Position numbers and translations under genes: made by a program. A DNA stretch of 64,000 bases from an uncultured Thermoproteales archaeon. GTDB taxonomy: Archaea > Thermoproteota > Thermoprotei > Thermofilales > B20-G17. Each line of letters opens with the position of its first letter. Position 1 is the stretch's first letter. Below, piece after piece: positions 19,275 through 29,668 of the stretch. The stretch spans positions 16,735 to 80,734 of the forward strand of contig CBDUMD010000003.1 in NCBI GenBank assembly GCA_965368245.1, given 5' to 3'. The notes under the pieces were generated by a model that worked only from the letters and a program-made list of their open reading frames with translations, ran no database searches and was not told where the DNA came from.

Positions 19275-19819
19275 TCACACCTATCGCTACAACCTACACC
19301 CTGTCTCCTGCGCTATGAACATGAATTAACATGTATTTGTACAAAAGAGTGATTTTTTGATTTCCCGGTTCAAAGATGTAAGTGCGAATTTGGTAAAATT
19401 AGGAAACGCTTTTAACACTTCTGTCAATAGGTTTAGTTTCATACAGTAGAACACTACAGTACTACTTTTTATCTCCGATGACAGAAACTTTCTTTGGAGA
19501 GAACACCGAAGAAAACGTTAGCTCAATGACAATATTATTGTCTATATTATTTTGGTTAAATTTATTTGTTCGATCTCAGAATCCTCTACATCCCACTATA
19601 CCAATATTTACAAACAAAACATCACAACTGAAAAGACCCCTAGAAATTGTCCTCACCATGGAAAACCATGAACCGTTTGCCCCATCCAGCAACATCACAG
19701 CCTCCATTGAACCAACTTTTCCAGAGTTTCCGGAAAAGTTGGGATAAAGTTATGATTTTATTTCAACCAAAACCAATAAAATAATCTACTATGTTTTCCT
19801 TACAGGTGGATGTAGTAGG

Positions 19820-21562
19820 GTGAAGGTTCAACCTTTAGTCAAAGAAGTAATAATAGAGAACTTTATGTCATATCGTTACGCTCGAATAGGCTTTCAGCCG
19901 GGTCTCAATATAATTACAGGACCTAACGGTGCAGGAAAATCGTCCATATTGCTTGCAATCGCTGTAGCTCTTGGACAAACTTATACTGAGAGAGGAAGAA
20001 GATTGAGCGACTTAATACGAAGGGGAGAGGAGATAGCCAGAGTGACTGTTGTCCTGGATAACTCTCCCAGAAACCGTATAAGACCATTGCCTAGGTGGAG
20101 GTACAATGAAATCTATTTAACAAGGTATCTTCGTAGCGATGGAAAATACTGGCATGAACTTAACAATACTCTTGCAACAAAATATGAGATCAATCGTCTA
20201 CTTAACCGTATAGGACTCAATCCAGACAATATGTTCATAATAATGCATCAAAACATGATAGAGGAGTTTGTTTACCTTTCTCCACAAGAGAAACTACGTT
20301 TAATAGAAGATGCAGTCGGGTTGAAAGGATATAGAGACGCTATAGTCAAATCCATGCAAAGGCTGGAACATACACTCAGCGAAGAAGAAAAAATCAAAGA
20401 ACTTCTTAAAAAAGCCGAAGAAAAGTTCGAAAACATTAAACAGGAACACGAAAAATACCTTCGTAAACTGGAGCTAGAAGAGATTCGTGGGAGACTGAGG
20501 CTTGAAGCCGCATGGATTAAAGTTAGGGATCTAGAACATCAGACTAACCTGCTAAAAGAAGAGATAAATGCGTTACTTCAAGAGAAGAAAAAGACCGAAA
20601 GGAAGATAGTCGGCTTAAGAGATTCTATCGACTATCTAAAAGCGGCTTTAAAAGACATTGAAAAAGATTTAATAGATGGTTTCATCAATAAGGTTTCCCT
20701 TGAAGACTTTTTGTCTCTATTGAACAAATATAAGGATACTTGGAATAGTTATTTAAATGACTATTCTGAATTAAAGTTATCAAAATACGTTTTAAAAATA
20801 CTTAACGAAAAAATAGCTAGCATAGAGACGGAACTCAGGGAACTAAGTTTTCGGTTAGAGGTTGCGCTTAAACAGGCGTTAACCCTTGGAGAGAGAGTCG
20901 AATCTCAACGAAAGATAGAGGAGGTGGAAGAAGAGTTAAAGAAAATAGAGTTGGAGCTCGCTGGCTACAGGGGAATAAGCAGGGAGGTAGAGGAGTTATA
21001 TAAAAGATATCTAGGTGATTTAAACAGGCTTAGAGAGAAAGCCTTAATAGTTGCAAGGAACAGGGAGAAGGTTCTTAAAGAGCTAGAGTATAGGAAAAAC
21101 ATCTGGAAGAGCAAACTGATAAAATTGATATCAGACGTAAGGAGACTATTTTCAAGCCATTTATCCCATGTTGAAGCCGTGGGGGATGTTCGTCTCATAA
21201 ACCTTGATGACATAGAACAGGCTGGAATAGAGATAACAGTTGGATTCCGGGGATCCGCCCCCACCGTCCTCGACCCTTATACTCAAAGCGGAGGGGAAAG
21301 GACAACAGCTATAATGTGCTTTCTCCTGGCTCTACAACAATACATAAGATCGCCTTTCAGAGCTGTAGACGAATTCGACGTACACATGGATCCTAAAAAT
21401 AGAGAAGCCGTATTCAACCTAATTTTCCGAATCTCGGAACAACACCCCGATGTTCAATACTTGGTAATAACACCTGGAACATTGATTAATCTGGTGAAGA
21501 CAGCCAATGTAGTTGTGGTCCAAAATGTTAAGGGTGTATCTAAGGTGGGAACGCTTCGATGA
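19820..21562 (+). CDS. half-size SMC-family ABC ATPase with SMC5/6-like head motifs, short coiled coil, no hinge and no zinc hook
   Basis: Walker A GPNGAGKSS. Q-loop region IIMHQNMIEEF. Signature SGGERT. Walker B AVDEFDVHMD. QYLVITPGTL in place of the His switch. About 260 aa of heptad-rich K/E/L sequence lies between the head halves. Confidence 0.85.
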   Translation: MKVQPLVKEVIIENFMSYRYARIGFQPGLNIITGPNGAGKSSILLAIAVALGQTYTERGRRLSDLIRRGEEIARVTVVLDNSPRNRIRPLPRWRYNEIYLTRYLRSDGKYWHELNNTLATKYEINRLLNRIGLNPDNMFIIMHQNMIEEFVYLSPQEKLRLIEDAVGLKGYRDAIVKSMQRLEHTLSEEEKIKELLKKAEEKFENIKQEHEKYLRKLELEEIRGRLRLEAAWIKVRDLEHQTNLLKEEINALLQEKKKTERKIVGLRDSIDYLKAALKDIEKDLIDGFINKVSLEDFLSLLNKYKDTWNSYLNDYSELKLSKYVLKILNEKIASIETELRELSFRLEVALKQALTLGERVESQRKIEEVEEELKKIELELAGYRGISREVEELYKRYLGDLNRLREKALIVARNREKVLKELEYRKNIWKSKLIKLISDVRRLFSSHLSHVEAVGDVRLINLDDIEQAGIEITVGFRGSAPTVLDPYTQSGGERTTAIMCFLLALQQYIRSPFRAVDEFDVHMDPKNREAVFNLIFRISEQHPDVQYLVITPGTLINLVKTANVVVVQNVKGVSKVGTLR

Positions 21563-22353
21563 CAAGTGTGCCGAGAAACATAGAGGAACAGCTTAAAGCA
21601 CGCATCAGGACGATAAAGCAGATTATAGAAGAACGGAAGGATCCCTTCACTGTAGACATATCATCTTTATTGGATGATCTCAGGTTCTTCCTAGAAAAAT
21701 ACGGTGAAAAAATACTACATCTTGACGCAGAAGCCATCGAAAACATAGTAATGCTCCTTGTAGAGCAGGAAGAATGGCTGAAAATGGAGTCGCAGTTACT
21801 TGGATTGAGTTCGCTTGCCGCCCTCATGACATTACGGAAAGCCCCCCTAAAAAAGATTGCATCAATATTCTTAGCTGCATGGACCCCTCAAGTCTATAGA
21901 GACCACCTTACATTAAGGGAAATAAAAAGAGGTTTAAAGTATATTGAAGCATTTAGAAGGCTTCCAAAGAAACCTAAAGTCGGTGAAGAAGACACTTTGG
22001 GTTTAGTTAACGAAAAATTCCTTAAATATCTAGGAATAATAGGAGAAAAAGACTTTGAGAAAAAACTTTCCGAATATGCTTTAAAAATAGCTTCCCAACT
22101 CGAGAAAAATAGTCGAATAGAGTACTGGGATGCCATAATTGATGAAAACGATTATCGAAAAACGGTGGAAAACGCGCTTCTACTATCTCATCTTATAAGC
22201 AGGGGGAACCTAGCAATCGAGATAGATCCACTGAAAGAAAAAATATTCATTGTCAAAGAGGAAAAAACCGGGAGTAAACGTTCAAACAGGTTTTCTCTAG
22301 CAGTCTCAATAAATTATCTGGAATGGGTGAAAAGAGTTGGTAAAGAAGGTTGA
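21559..22353 (+). CDS. kleisin (ScpA/Nse4-like) subunit candidate
   Basis: ATGA overlap with the SMC-like gene. N-terminal DPFTVDISSLLDDLRFFLEKYGEKILHLDAEAIENIVMLLVEQEEWLKMES follows the ScpA N-terminal pattern. C-terminal TVENALLLSHLISRGNLAIEIDPLKEKIFIV follows the ScpA winged-helix pattern. Confidence 0.65.
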   Translation: MTSVPRNIEEQLKARIRTIKQIIEERKDPFTVDISSLLDDLRFFLEKYGEKILHLDAEAIENIVMLLVEQEEWLKMESQLLGLSSLAALMTLRKAPLKKIASIFLAAWTPQVYRDHLTLREIKRGLKYIEAFRRLPKKPKVGEEDTLGLVNEKFLKYLGIIGEKDFEKKLSEYALKIASQLEKNSRIEYWDAIIDENDYRKTVENALLLSHLISRGNLAIEIDPLKEKIFIVKEEKTGSKRSNRFSLAVSINYLEWVKRVGKEG

Positions 22354-22888
22354 TCAAAGGGTTAAACGGGCATTGAGAATACTCCTTGTGAGGGGTAGAA
22401 GCCGGCCAGGTATCAGAGGATCGGAGCTACGTAAGCTTCTCGGAATAGATTATCCCGAGGTGTTAAAAAAGCTTAATAGTGAACTGGAAAAACTTGGGCT
22501 TCGTGTAAAGGCTGTTCTTGAGGACGGTAGCGAAGTCAACCTAGATGAAAGAGAAAAACTATCTCAGGCATGGATAGGAATAGTGTTAACAGAGGAGCTT
22601 AAAATCGAGGATCTACGTAGCGTTGGATGGCGCATAGACGATCTAGCTGTTTTGGCATCGACGCTGGTTCTTGTGTTTGCTCATGGAGGAAAGGTTCAAA
22701 GACAAACAGTAGTAAATTTTCTCAAGGACAAGGTGCCGGAGTGGAGGATACAAAGTACTTTAGATCGCTTCATAAAAGCAGGCTATCTGATCGAAGATGA
22801 AGAGTTTCTAATTTCACTAGGATGGCGTACATATATGGAGGTCGACCTGGAAAAACTTGTTAAAATGCTTGGAGCCGACGCTGAGTGA
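22337..22888 (+). CDS. tandem winged-helix 'kite' subunit candidate (ScpB/Nse1-Nse3-like)
   Basis: TTG start 6 nt after the GGGTGA SD, 17-nt overlap with the kleisin gene. Two wHTH-like halves: RALRILLVRGRSRPGIRGSELRKLLG... and LAVLASTLVLVFAHGGKVQRQTVVNFLKD...FIKAGYLIED. Confidence 0.55.
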   Translation: MVKKVDQRVKRALRILLVRGRSRPGIRGSELRKLLGIDYPEVLKKLNSELEKLGLRVKAVLEDGSEVNLDEREKLSQAWIGIVLTEELKIEDLRSVGWRIDDLAVLASTLVLVFAHGGKVQRQTVVNFLKDKVPEWRIQSTLDRFIKAGYLIEDEEFLISLGWRTYMEVDLEKLVKMLGADAE

Positions 22889-25709
22889 AGCGTCTAAGTA
22901 AGCCACGTCTATACGTTTTTCTAAGTTCTTTCATAAATTCATCAAGTGTTTCAAATTCAGCTTTCAGTAGCCTTCTAAGTTCAGTTAAAGGTAAACCTAG
23001 AACTACACCTGCCAGTGTTTTCAGGCCATATTTTTCATAGAGAGCAGCTATAGTTTTCAACCTTATGGTTCGTTTAGACTTTTCTCCTCTCATGTAATAT
23101 TCTAGTTCATTTTCAAGGGCTTCAACCGGTTTTGTAGAAAAAACTAGTTCATTGGAGCCACATTTTGGACAATGATAATTGTCACCCACTTCATAAAGAA
23201 TTTTTTCTTCCACGTAACCGCATGATAAACAGCCAACCGTTATCCTTTCGGAGAGAACTCGGGCTTTAAAAATCAGGTTTTCGAGAACCTCGCGTTTATC
23301 CGGCTTGAACACCTCGCCGCTACGTCCAACGTAATATAATATTTGTTCGGCTAGGGAGGAGAACCCGCCACGAACGTGTATCACTATTTCTCCTTTCTCT
23401 ATTTTTTTAACCACTTCAATGGCTCTGGCTAAATCCAGGTCCCGATTCAATACCTCTTTTAAGGCCTCCTCGTAGGCAGGGGTCCCCTTAAGCATAGAAA
23501 CTAGCTTGTCCATTATATCTGATGAAAGACGGGTATCCGGATCGACTATTCCCATTCTTCTAGCTACCTGGGCAAGCCGCCATTTAAATAACCTGCTTTC
23601 CGAGATTCCGCCTATAACGTTTCTCTTGAAGTCATGTGAAGAAACCTTTTTTAAACATTCTTCAACATCCTTTACATCCAGAAAATTGGATCTTAATGCA
23701 ATCGCATAAGGTTTATCTACCGTTACTATAGCTGAACCTAAAATTCTTGAAAGAGAGTAGGCAAGATACCTTGCAAACGTTCTGTTCACACGTGTCCCGA
23801 AATGCATATGTACAATCACCAATCCCTTTTCACCCTCTATTATAATGTCTTTATTTGATGGGACTTTCAGCCCTGAGCGGGCCATCTTATATACGTCTTT
23901 CACCGCTTCTTTAACGTCATCCCCCTTCCATTCATTGACGTCAACAAGATGTCTTACAATATCTTTTAGAGACCATCCCTTTGCGGCCAGGTCTTCGACG
24001 CAACCACGTACTTTACCAACCTCCTGCGCAACTTCAAAGGGTACAGGAATCTCCTCACCTACCCAGCTAGGGATAGCCCCTTTATAGTCATCTTCAGACT
24101 CAACTTTTATTGTTTCTTCGAGAACCTCGACGATGCGCCATGGTCTTCCGCCCATAATGAATTTTACTCCAAGTTCACAATAGTAGGAGACGAAGGTATC
24201 ATCGAGTATCCCTACAGGGATTCCTTCCTTCGAATCTATGACAATGTACTGTTTCAGTTCAGGTATCATTGAAAGGGTACCGTAAAAGTACTTATAGGCA
24301 TATCTTCTATCTTTTAGGACGATCTTGTCCCCCACCCTTCTCAAAATTTTAACTTGATCTAGGAAATCGATTAATTTGTTAAATTCTTCAATTTTCAAAT
24401 CTCGGAAGGGGTATGCCTTCCTAAAGAAAAGATATAGCTCATGTATATCAAGCCATCTTCTTCTCTCGGAAATGAAAAGTCCGACTATTTCGTGTGCTAG
24501 CACATCGAATGGTTTAGAAGGTATTTCAATAGGCTCTATCCTTTCTTCTCTCAGAAACTTCTTTAACACTAAGGCTTCTAAAACATCGTTGGAATCCAGT
24601 GCTAACACAACACCCCTACTGACTTCTCCAAGTCTATGACCACTTCTCCCGATCCTTTGGACAAGCTTGGAAACTTGCCGCGGTGAATTATACTGTATAA
24701 CGAGATCTACATGTCCCACATCGATACCCAACTCCATCGAAGAGGTTGAAACCAAGCCTCTTATGCCACCGCTCTTTAACCCTATTTCGGCACGTTGCCG
24801 CCTATCCGCAGAAAGACTTCCATGGTGAACATCGATAGGCGCCCTTAAATCAAGTATTTTAAATCGACTGGCAAGCATTTCGGCGGTGGGTCGAGTATTA
24901 GTAAAAATTATTACCGCTCTATTGTTCTCTAAAAGTTCTCTTATGACTCTAATTCGCGCTAAGATCTCAGGGGAATCTCCTAATTTGCTGGCTAAAGCAT
25001 AGTCCCGGGGAATTGGACGCGGGCATTTAACGTTAATCGATATCCTCTTGGCGACAGGTACATATACTACTTTGCAGGGTTTGCTGGAGCCTGCCAGGAA
25101 TCTCGCTACTTCCTCTGGATTACCTACAGTTGCAGATAAACCTATTATCTGTATTTCTCGTCCCTGAACATGTCTCTTAAGTTTTTCTAGTAGTATGGAC
25201 AATTGGCTACCGCGTTTACTTGAAGCTATTTCATGAACCTCGTCAATGATGACCCAACGAACATTTCTAATTATTTCCCTAAGTCTTCTACCTAAAAAGA
25301 GCAGTTGAAGGCTTTCAGGTGTAGTTACTAAAACGTCGGGAAGGGATATAACGTGCAGTCTACGTTCGGACACGGGTGTATCTCCATGTCTAACAGCGAC
25401 CTTGAAGTCGAGTTTAAGAAACCACCATTTTATTCTCTCCAATATATCTCGATTAAGTGCACGGAGAGGGGTCACGTATATGAGTTTCACTCCTTTAACA
25501 GATTTTTCCTTTAACATTAAATCCAGTAGAGGTATGATAGCTGCCTCCGTTTTTCCAGTACCAGTGGGCGCTACAATTAAAACATTATAACCGGAAAGTA
25601 TCAGGGGGATAGCCTTTTCTTGGGGAGGAGTCAGGCTAGAGAATCCTCTTTCCTCTATGAGTTTCTTTACAACCGGTGAAAGAAGCTCAATAGCCTTCAC
25701 CAATATCAC
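22860..25709 (-). CDS. lhr: Lhr-type (large helicase-related) SF2 DNA helicase
   Basis: LTPPQEKAIPLILSGYNVLIVAPTGTGKTEAA, IIDEVHE, SATVGN, QRIGRSGH, a long Lhr-core C-terminal region and a terminal CxxC..CxxC ribbon. Confidence 0.9.
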   Translation of the reverse strand: MILVKAIELLSPVVKKLIEERGFSSLTPPQEKAIPLILSGYNVLIVAPTGTGKTEAAIIPLLDLMLKEKSVKGVKLIYVTPLRALNRDILERIKWWFLKLDFKVAVRHGDTPVSERRLHVISLPDVLVTTPESLQLLFLGRRLREIIRNVRWVIIDEVHEIASSKRGSQLSILLEKLKRHVQGREIQIIGLSATVGNPEEVARFLAGSSKPCKVVYVPVAKRISINVKCPRPIPRDYALASKLGDSPEILARIRVIRELLENNRAVIIFTNTRPTAEMLASRFKILDLRAPIDVHHGSLSADRRQRAEIGLKSGGIRGLVSTSSMELGIDVGHVDLVIQYNSPRQVSKLVQRIGRSGHRLGEVSRGVVLALDSNDVLEALVLKKFLREERIEPIEIPSKPFDVLAHEIVGLFISERRRWLDIHELYLFFRKAYPFRDLKIEEFNKLIDFLDQVKILRRVGDKIVLKDRRYAYKYFYGTLSMIPELKQYIVIDSKEGIPVGILDDTFVSYYCELGVKFIMGGRPWRIVEVLEETIKVESEDDYKGAIPSWVGEEIPVPFEVAQEVGKVRGCVEDLAAKGWSLKDIVRHLVDVNEWKGDDVKEAVKDVYKMARSGLKVPSNKDIIIEGEKGLVIVHMHFGTRVNRTFARYLAYSLSRILGSAIVTVDKPYAIALRSNFLDVKDVEECLKKVSSHDFKRNVIGGISESRLFKWRLAQVARRMGIVDPDTRLSSDIMDKLVSMLKGTPAYEEALKEVLNRDLDLARAIEVVKKIEKGEIVIHVRGGFSSLAEQILYYVGRSGEVFKPDKREVLENLIFKARVLSERITVGCLSCGYVEEKILYEVGDNYHCPKCGSNELVFSTKPVEALENELEYYMRGEKSKRTIRLKTIAALYEKYGLKTLAGVVLGLPLTELRRLLKAEFETLDEFMKELRKTYRRGLLRRFTQRRLQAF

Positions 25710-25797
25710 TAAAATGAATACCTTGCAGGTAGTGTATAAAGATATCCTTAAACGATAATCACTGTAAATGTTTCACCGACAATTGCTAAAATATTCA

Positions 25798-26385
25798 TCA
25801 AAAAACGGGTTTTGCAAGTACCTTTTTGATTTTTAAATCAAAGAACATCTCGGAGGGGGCTGCTGTTATAACTAGGGCTGTGTCAGCACCCCGGCCTGTA
25901 CCTCCTATGGATATGACTTCTTCACCAGGGTTAACATACCCAGCATCTGTGGCCATTAACGTTATTTCTACGGCTACCTTCACTCCCTCACAGAACAGGC
26001 GTAGAACATCGGCTATCAATACAGTTAAAGGTATGCCTCCAAAACGTCTTCCCACAGCTCTACATACTCCCCCCAAGGCATGTGCGGCAGTAACTACTTT
26101 AACTCCTTTCTTGTTCAAGGAAGAGAGTACCTTGCTGTCGAATTCCTGCTTTATGTTTGGCCTAAACCAGCAGGAATGGGTTACAACTATAAGGTTAAAG
26201 GTGGTAGGGTCAAAAAAGTCCAGAAGCTTGCTGGCAACCCTTCCTCTCGTAGAGGCTACAATAATGCTTTTAATATCGTTCTTCAACGCATATTCTCTTG
26301 ATATTTCTAAGACCTTCAATGTATTTTCCTCTTCATTCTTATCAGTAAAATAATATGTTTCTTCCTTAGTATACAAGTTAACCAC
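25798..26385 (-). CDS. pyruvate-kinase C-terminal (alpha/beta) domain-like protein of unknown function
   Basis: 195 aa. IIVASTRGRVASKLL ... GGTGRGADTALVI resembles the PK_C-fold stand-alone archaeal family. Assigned from memory only. Confidence 0.4.
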   Translation of the reverse strand: MVNLYTKEETYYFTDKNEEENTLKVLEISREYALKNDIKSIIVASTRGRVASKLLDFFDPTTFNLIVVTHSCWFRPNIKQEFDSKVLSSLNKKGVKVVTAAHALGGVCRAVGRRFGGIPLTVLIADVLRLFCEGVKVAVEITLMATDAGYVNPGEEVISIGGTGRGADTALVITAAPSEMFFDLKIKKVLAKPVF

Positions 26386-26564
26386 CCATAAGCAATGATT
26401 TTAACTAATCTTATTAGCCGTGGTTAACGCTATATAACTTTTCGGGAAGGGGACGATAGTGGTTTGAGGAAGTTTTCGTTACCCAGTGGCTACTCTATCC
26501 TATATATGGAATTTGAGTAAACATCAGATCAGGATCATCATTTTACTCTTTAATAAGGAAAATG

Positions 26565-26837
26565 TTATTCGACAACGTATAGCAGGAAAAAACCTATTGT
26601 GCCCTGGAGGATTCTCGAAAACATCTCACGTAACTTCCTTTCATCGTCTCTAGAAAGCACAAGAAGATAAACGAATTCCAGTGAATCCAGATCTCGTCTC
26701 ACATCGAAATGTTTTATTCTCTTACTGTAGAAGGAGAGACAACCCTTGGTTTTTACTGTTTCAAGCGCCTTTTCAACGCGTTTAAGGTCCCTAGCTGGGA
26801 CAACCACCCGTAAAATGTACTTCCTGGTTTCTGGCAA
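26565..26837 (-). CDS. hypothetical small protein
   Basis: 90-aa ORF in an otherwise empty interval, with host-like codon usage. No motif recognised. Confidence 0.3.
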   Translation of the reverse strand: MPETRKYILRVVVPARDLKRVEKALETVKTKGCLSFYSKRIKHFDVRRDLDSLEFVYLLVLSRDDERKLREMFSRILQGTIGFFLLYVVE

Positions 26838-26903
26838 TTCACATCAACAACAATTATTTATCAACAGGTTTATAAACATCACATGCATTCAACTTAACCG
26901 ATA

Positions 26904-28832
26904 ATGATGAAAACAAATGATTTAATTGGAGCGGTCACGAAGGAGTTTTCCGGATACCAAGCTAAAGAATATTCGAAAATGATATCATCATTCCATAGGA
27001 TCCAGGTTTCTCCCGGACTGTCTAAGGCGCAGGATTATGTGGCATCAATTTTAAAGGAGATGGGATTTGAGGTAAATGTATATTCTTATCCAGGAGACGG
27101 AAAAACTAGGTATTTGGACGGCTATGTGGCTCCAATAGGATGGGAGGTTCGAGATGGTTTTCTCGAGGTGCGAAAACCAAGAAACATGGTTTTGGGTAGA
27201 TTTAAGGACCATCCTACACTAGTGGTTGCGCATAGTGGTTCTCTACCAGAGGGAGTAGAAGGGGAATTAGTATACGTTGGTGAAGGAGTTTGGGAGGAAG
27301 ATTACAAAAACATAGATGTAGAGGGAAAATTCGTCATTGCAAAGGGCCCAGCCTCGATCGTATTTAAGAGAGCTGTTATTGAAAGAGGCGCTATCGGAAT
27401 AATTGTTTTCAAGGAAAACACGTCAAACCCGGACGGTTATCCATATGCAGCAATATGGCCGACCGCTGAAACCCTGTATGAGAAAGGTTTGGCTTTCTCA
27501 GTTTCATATAATGTTGCATTAAGGCTTCTAAGGATGCTTGAACGAGAACAAGTAATGGTCTACGGTAGAGTTGACGCACGTTTCTATGAAGGAGAGATTA
27601 AATTAGTTGAAGGTAGAATACAAGGTAAATACAATAAAGATGTACTGCTCGTAGCTCATATATGCCACCCAAGCCCCGGGGCAAACGATAATTCTTCTGG
27701 AAGCGGGACTTTAATCGAAGTTGCTAGAGCTGCCATGAAGCTTGTTGAAAACGGTTTTCGCTTGGATAGAGGGTTGCGTTTCTGGTGGGTTCCTGAATTT
27801 ACTGGAATTATAGCACACTTAGACAGAAAACCGGAGGTAGTTAATGAGCTGGTTTCAGTGATAAATTTAGATATGGTAGGTGGGCATCAGGATAAGGTAG
27901 GAGGAGTATTAACAGTGGTCGGGTCCCCCGAGTTTAATCCATCATTTCTGCCGTTTCTGGCATACGGTATGCTTGAGAAAACGGTCATCGGGTTCAGGCA
28001 CTTTGGAGGATGGGAGAATCTACCGAAGATTCGATACAAACTAACTGGGTATAGTGGTGGAAGTGACCACCATATCTTCGTAGACCCATGGGTGAATGTA
28101 GCTGCCACGGCCTTTATCGAATGGCCAGACAAATTCTACCATAGTGATAGAGATACATTAGATAACCTCGACCCTGATCTCATGAGGATCGTCGGCTCGA
28201 CAGCTCTTTCAACGGCTTTTCTTCTAACGTCAACTTCTAAAAAGACATTACGAGATGTAATTATTATATCATATTCAAACATGAAAAAACATTTATATGA
28301 TAAATTGCAATACTTAGTTAACGAACCCTACTGGTACGTTAAAGGAAGAATTAAACAGCTCGCTAACATGTATTTAAAAGCATTATCATCGATTGAAAGG
28401 ACATGGGAAAGCGAAGGCATTAATGAAGTAATTAAAAATATAAGCTCCAACATAACTCAGGACGTGGAAAATCTCTTCGATATACTGTTAGAAAGTGGAG
28501 AGGAAGAAACTCCTCCCCGAATAGACGATAAACGGGTATTCAAAAGGTTACGTCGAAGCCCATTACATATAAGGTTTATTCAACTTGAATCAGTAGACAA
28601 GGAACTTGCTAGAAAGTTTTTGCGGAAAAGAGGAAGAGGACTAAACACCGTCATGAATTATATATACTTTATGTGTGACGGTAAGAAAACCCTAGAAGAA
28701 ATATTTGATGAACTAAAATACGTCTTTAAAGGCTTATCTAAAGAAGATTTCCAGCTAGCTGTCGAAGTAATGGAAAAGACTGCTTGGATAAAGGAACAGC
28801 AGCTATCCAGTAATTATCCTATTGAACAGTAA
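26904..28832 (+). CDS. M28-family zinc peptidase-like protein with PA-type insert and C-terminal helical/wHTH-like region
   Basis: HICHPSPGANDNSSGSGTLIEVARA and later GGSDHHIF match M28 metal-ligand regions. 642 aa. Confidence 0.6.
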   Translation: MMKTNDLIGAVTKEFSGYQAKEYSKMISSFHRIQVSPGLSKAQDYVASILKEMGFEVNVYSYPGDGKTRYLDGYVAPIGWEVRDGFLEVRKPRNMVLGRFKDHPTLVVAHSGSLPEGVEGELVYVGEGVWEEDYKNIDVEGKFVIAKGPASIVFKRAVIERGAIGIIVFKENTSNPDGYPYAAIWPTAETLYEKGLAFSVSYNVALRLLRMLEREQVMVYGRVDARFYEGEIKLVEGRIQGKYNKDVLLVAHICHPSPGANDNSSGSGTLIEVARAAMKLVENGFRLDRGLRFWWVPEFTGIIAHLDRKPEVVNELVSVINLDMVGGHQDKVGGVLTVVGSPEFNPSFLPFLAYGMLEKTVIGFRHFGGWENLPKIRYKLTGYSGGSDHHIFVDPWVNVAATAFIEWPDKFYHSDRDTLDNLDPDLMRIVGSTALSTAFLLTSTSKKTLRDVIIISYSNMKKHLYDKLQYLVNEPYWYVKGRIKQLANMYLKALSSIERTWESEGINEVIKNISSNITQDVENLFDILLESGEEETPPRIDDKRVFKRLRRSPLHIRFIQLESVDKELARKFLRKRGRGLNTVMNYIYFMCDGKKTLEEIFDELKYVFKGLSKEDFQLAVEVMEKTAWIKEQQLSSNYPIEQ

Positions 28833-29534
28833 TGTTCGTGGAAGATAACGTATGTTTAATGTGGAAAGCAGGCTATTAATGGATCTTTCCAGGTCCTTAA
28901 ACGTCTTTTTAGCTGGGAAATATCCCCTTACAACAAACAAGTATCCCTCGTTTTTCGTGGCACTTGTGAATCTCTCCGCGATCTTTTGTAAGTATTCATG
29001 CACGTACAGGCTTTCCTCCAAACAAGATTTAACGACAGAGGGATGCAGAAAATAATAGTCGGTTTTCAACAACCCTGTCGAGATGTCTTTTAGGTCACCA
29101 TGCTTTTCTATATATAGATCTTCCTTCTCATAGGAATCTACTGGAATAAACATTTCAAACAAAACTTCGTGAATAATATCTTCGTTACTTTTTAATATCC
29201 TTAGGAAAACGTCTTCAGGTATATACTCTGAAGCAGGATAACCCGTTTTAATTAATTTCATGAGGTTCTCGAAAACTCTTTTACTAACATGTTTTTTAGC
29301 TTCTTCTAAGAATTTTTCCTCTTCAAAGAAAAATTGAAGGAAACACAATCCTCCGGAAGTTGTTGGAAAAGGTGATATTTTTTCACTTGTCTCCAAGCGA
29401 ATTTTATCTAAACCATAATCCACCAGGTAGAAGCCCCAATCCACGTCATATGATTGAAATGCTTCAATCACATCAAGAGAATTATTAATGTTATATTGCT
29501 TGAGCTTCTCGGGTAGCAGTACCTCAAATTCCAT
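28803..29534 (-). CDS. hypothetical protein
   Basis: 243-aa ORF with host-like composition. Its 3' end overlaps the convergent peptidase gene by 30 nt. No motif recognised. Confidence 0.4.
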   Translation of the reverse strand: MEFEVLLPEKLKQYNINNSLDVIEAFQSYDVDWGFYLVDYGLDKIRLETSEKISPFPTTSGGLCFLQFFFEEEKFLEEAKKHVSKRVFENLMKLIKTGYPASEYIPEDVFLRILKSNEDIIHEVLFEMFIPVDSYEKEDLYIEKHGDLKDISTGLLKTDYYFLHPSVVKSCLEESLYVHEYLQKIAERFTSATKNEGYLFVVRGYFPAKKTFKDLERSINSLLSTLNIRYLPRTLLFNRIITG

Positions 29535-29668
29535 AATTTCCTTTTCTCCATCATAGGAACATTCAGGTCCAATAAAAATCTATTCCCTCTTCACAGCAAG
29601 TAAATATCTTTTTGCTAGAATACGATAACTTTATTTTTAAACGGTATCCTCTCTCATGCAGATGTGAA

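Noticed and set aside
19478-19747. 89-aa ORF in the spacer upstream of the SMC-like operon
   Set aside because: No SD or TATA at an appropriate distance, the composition is unlike neighbouring genes, and no motif is present. I treat the 546-bp region as non-coding.
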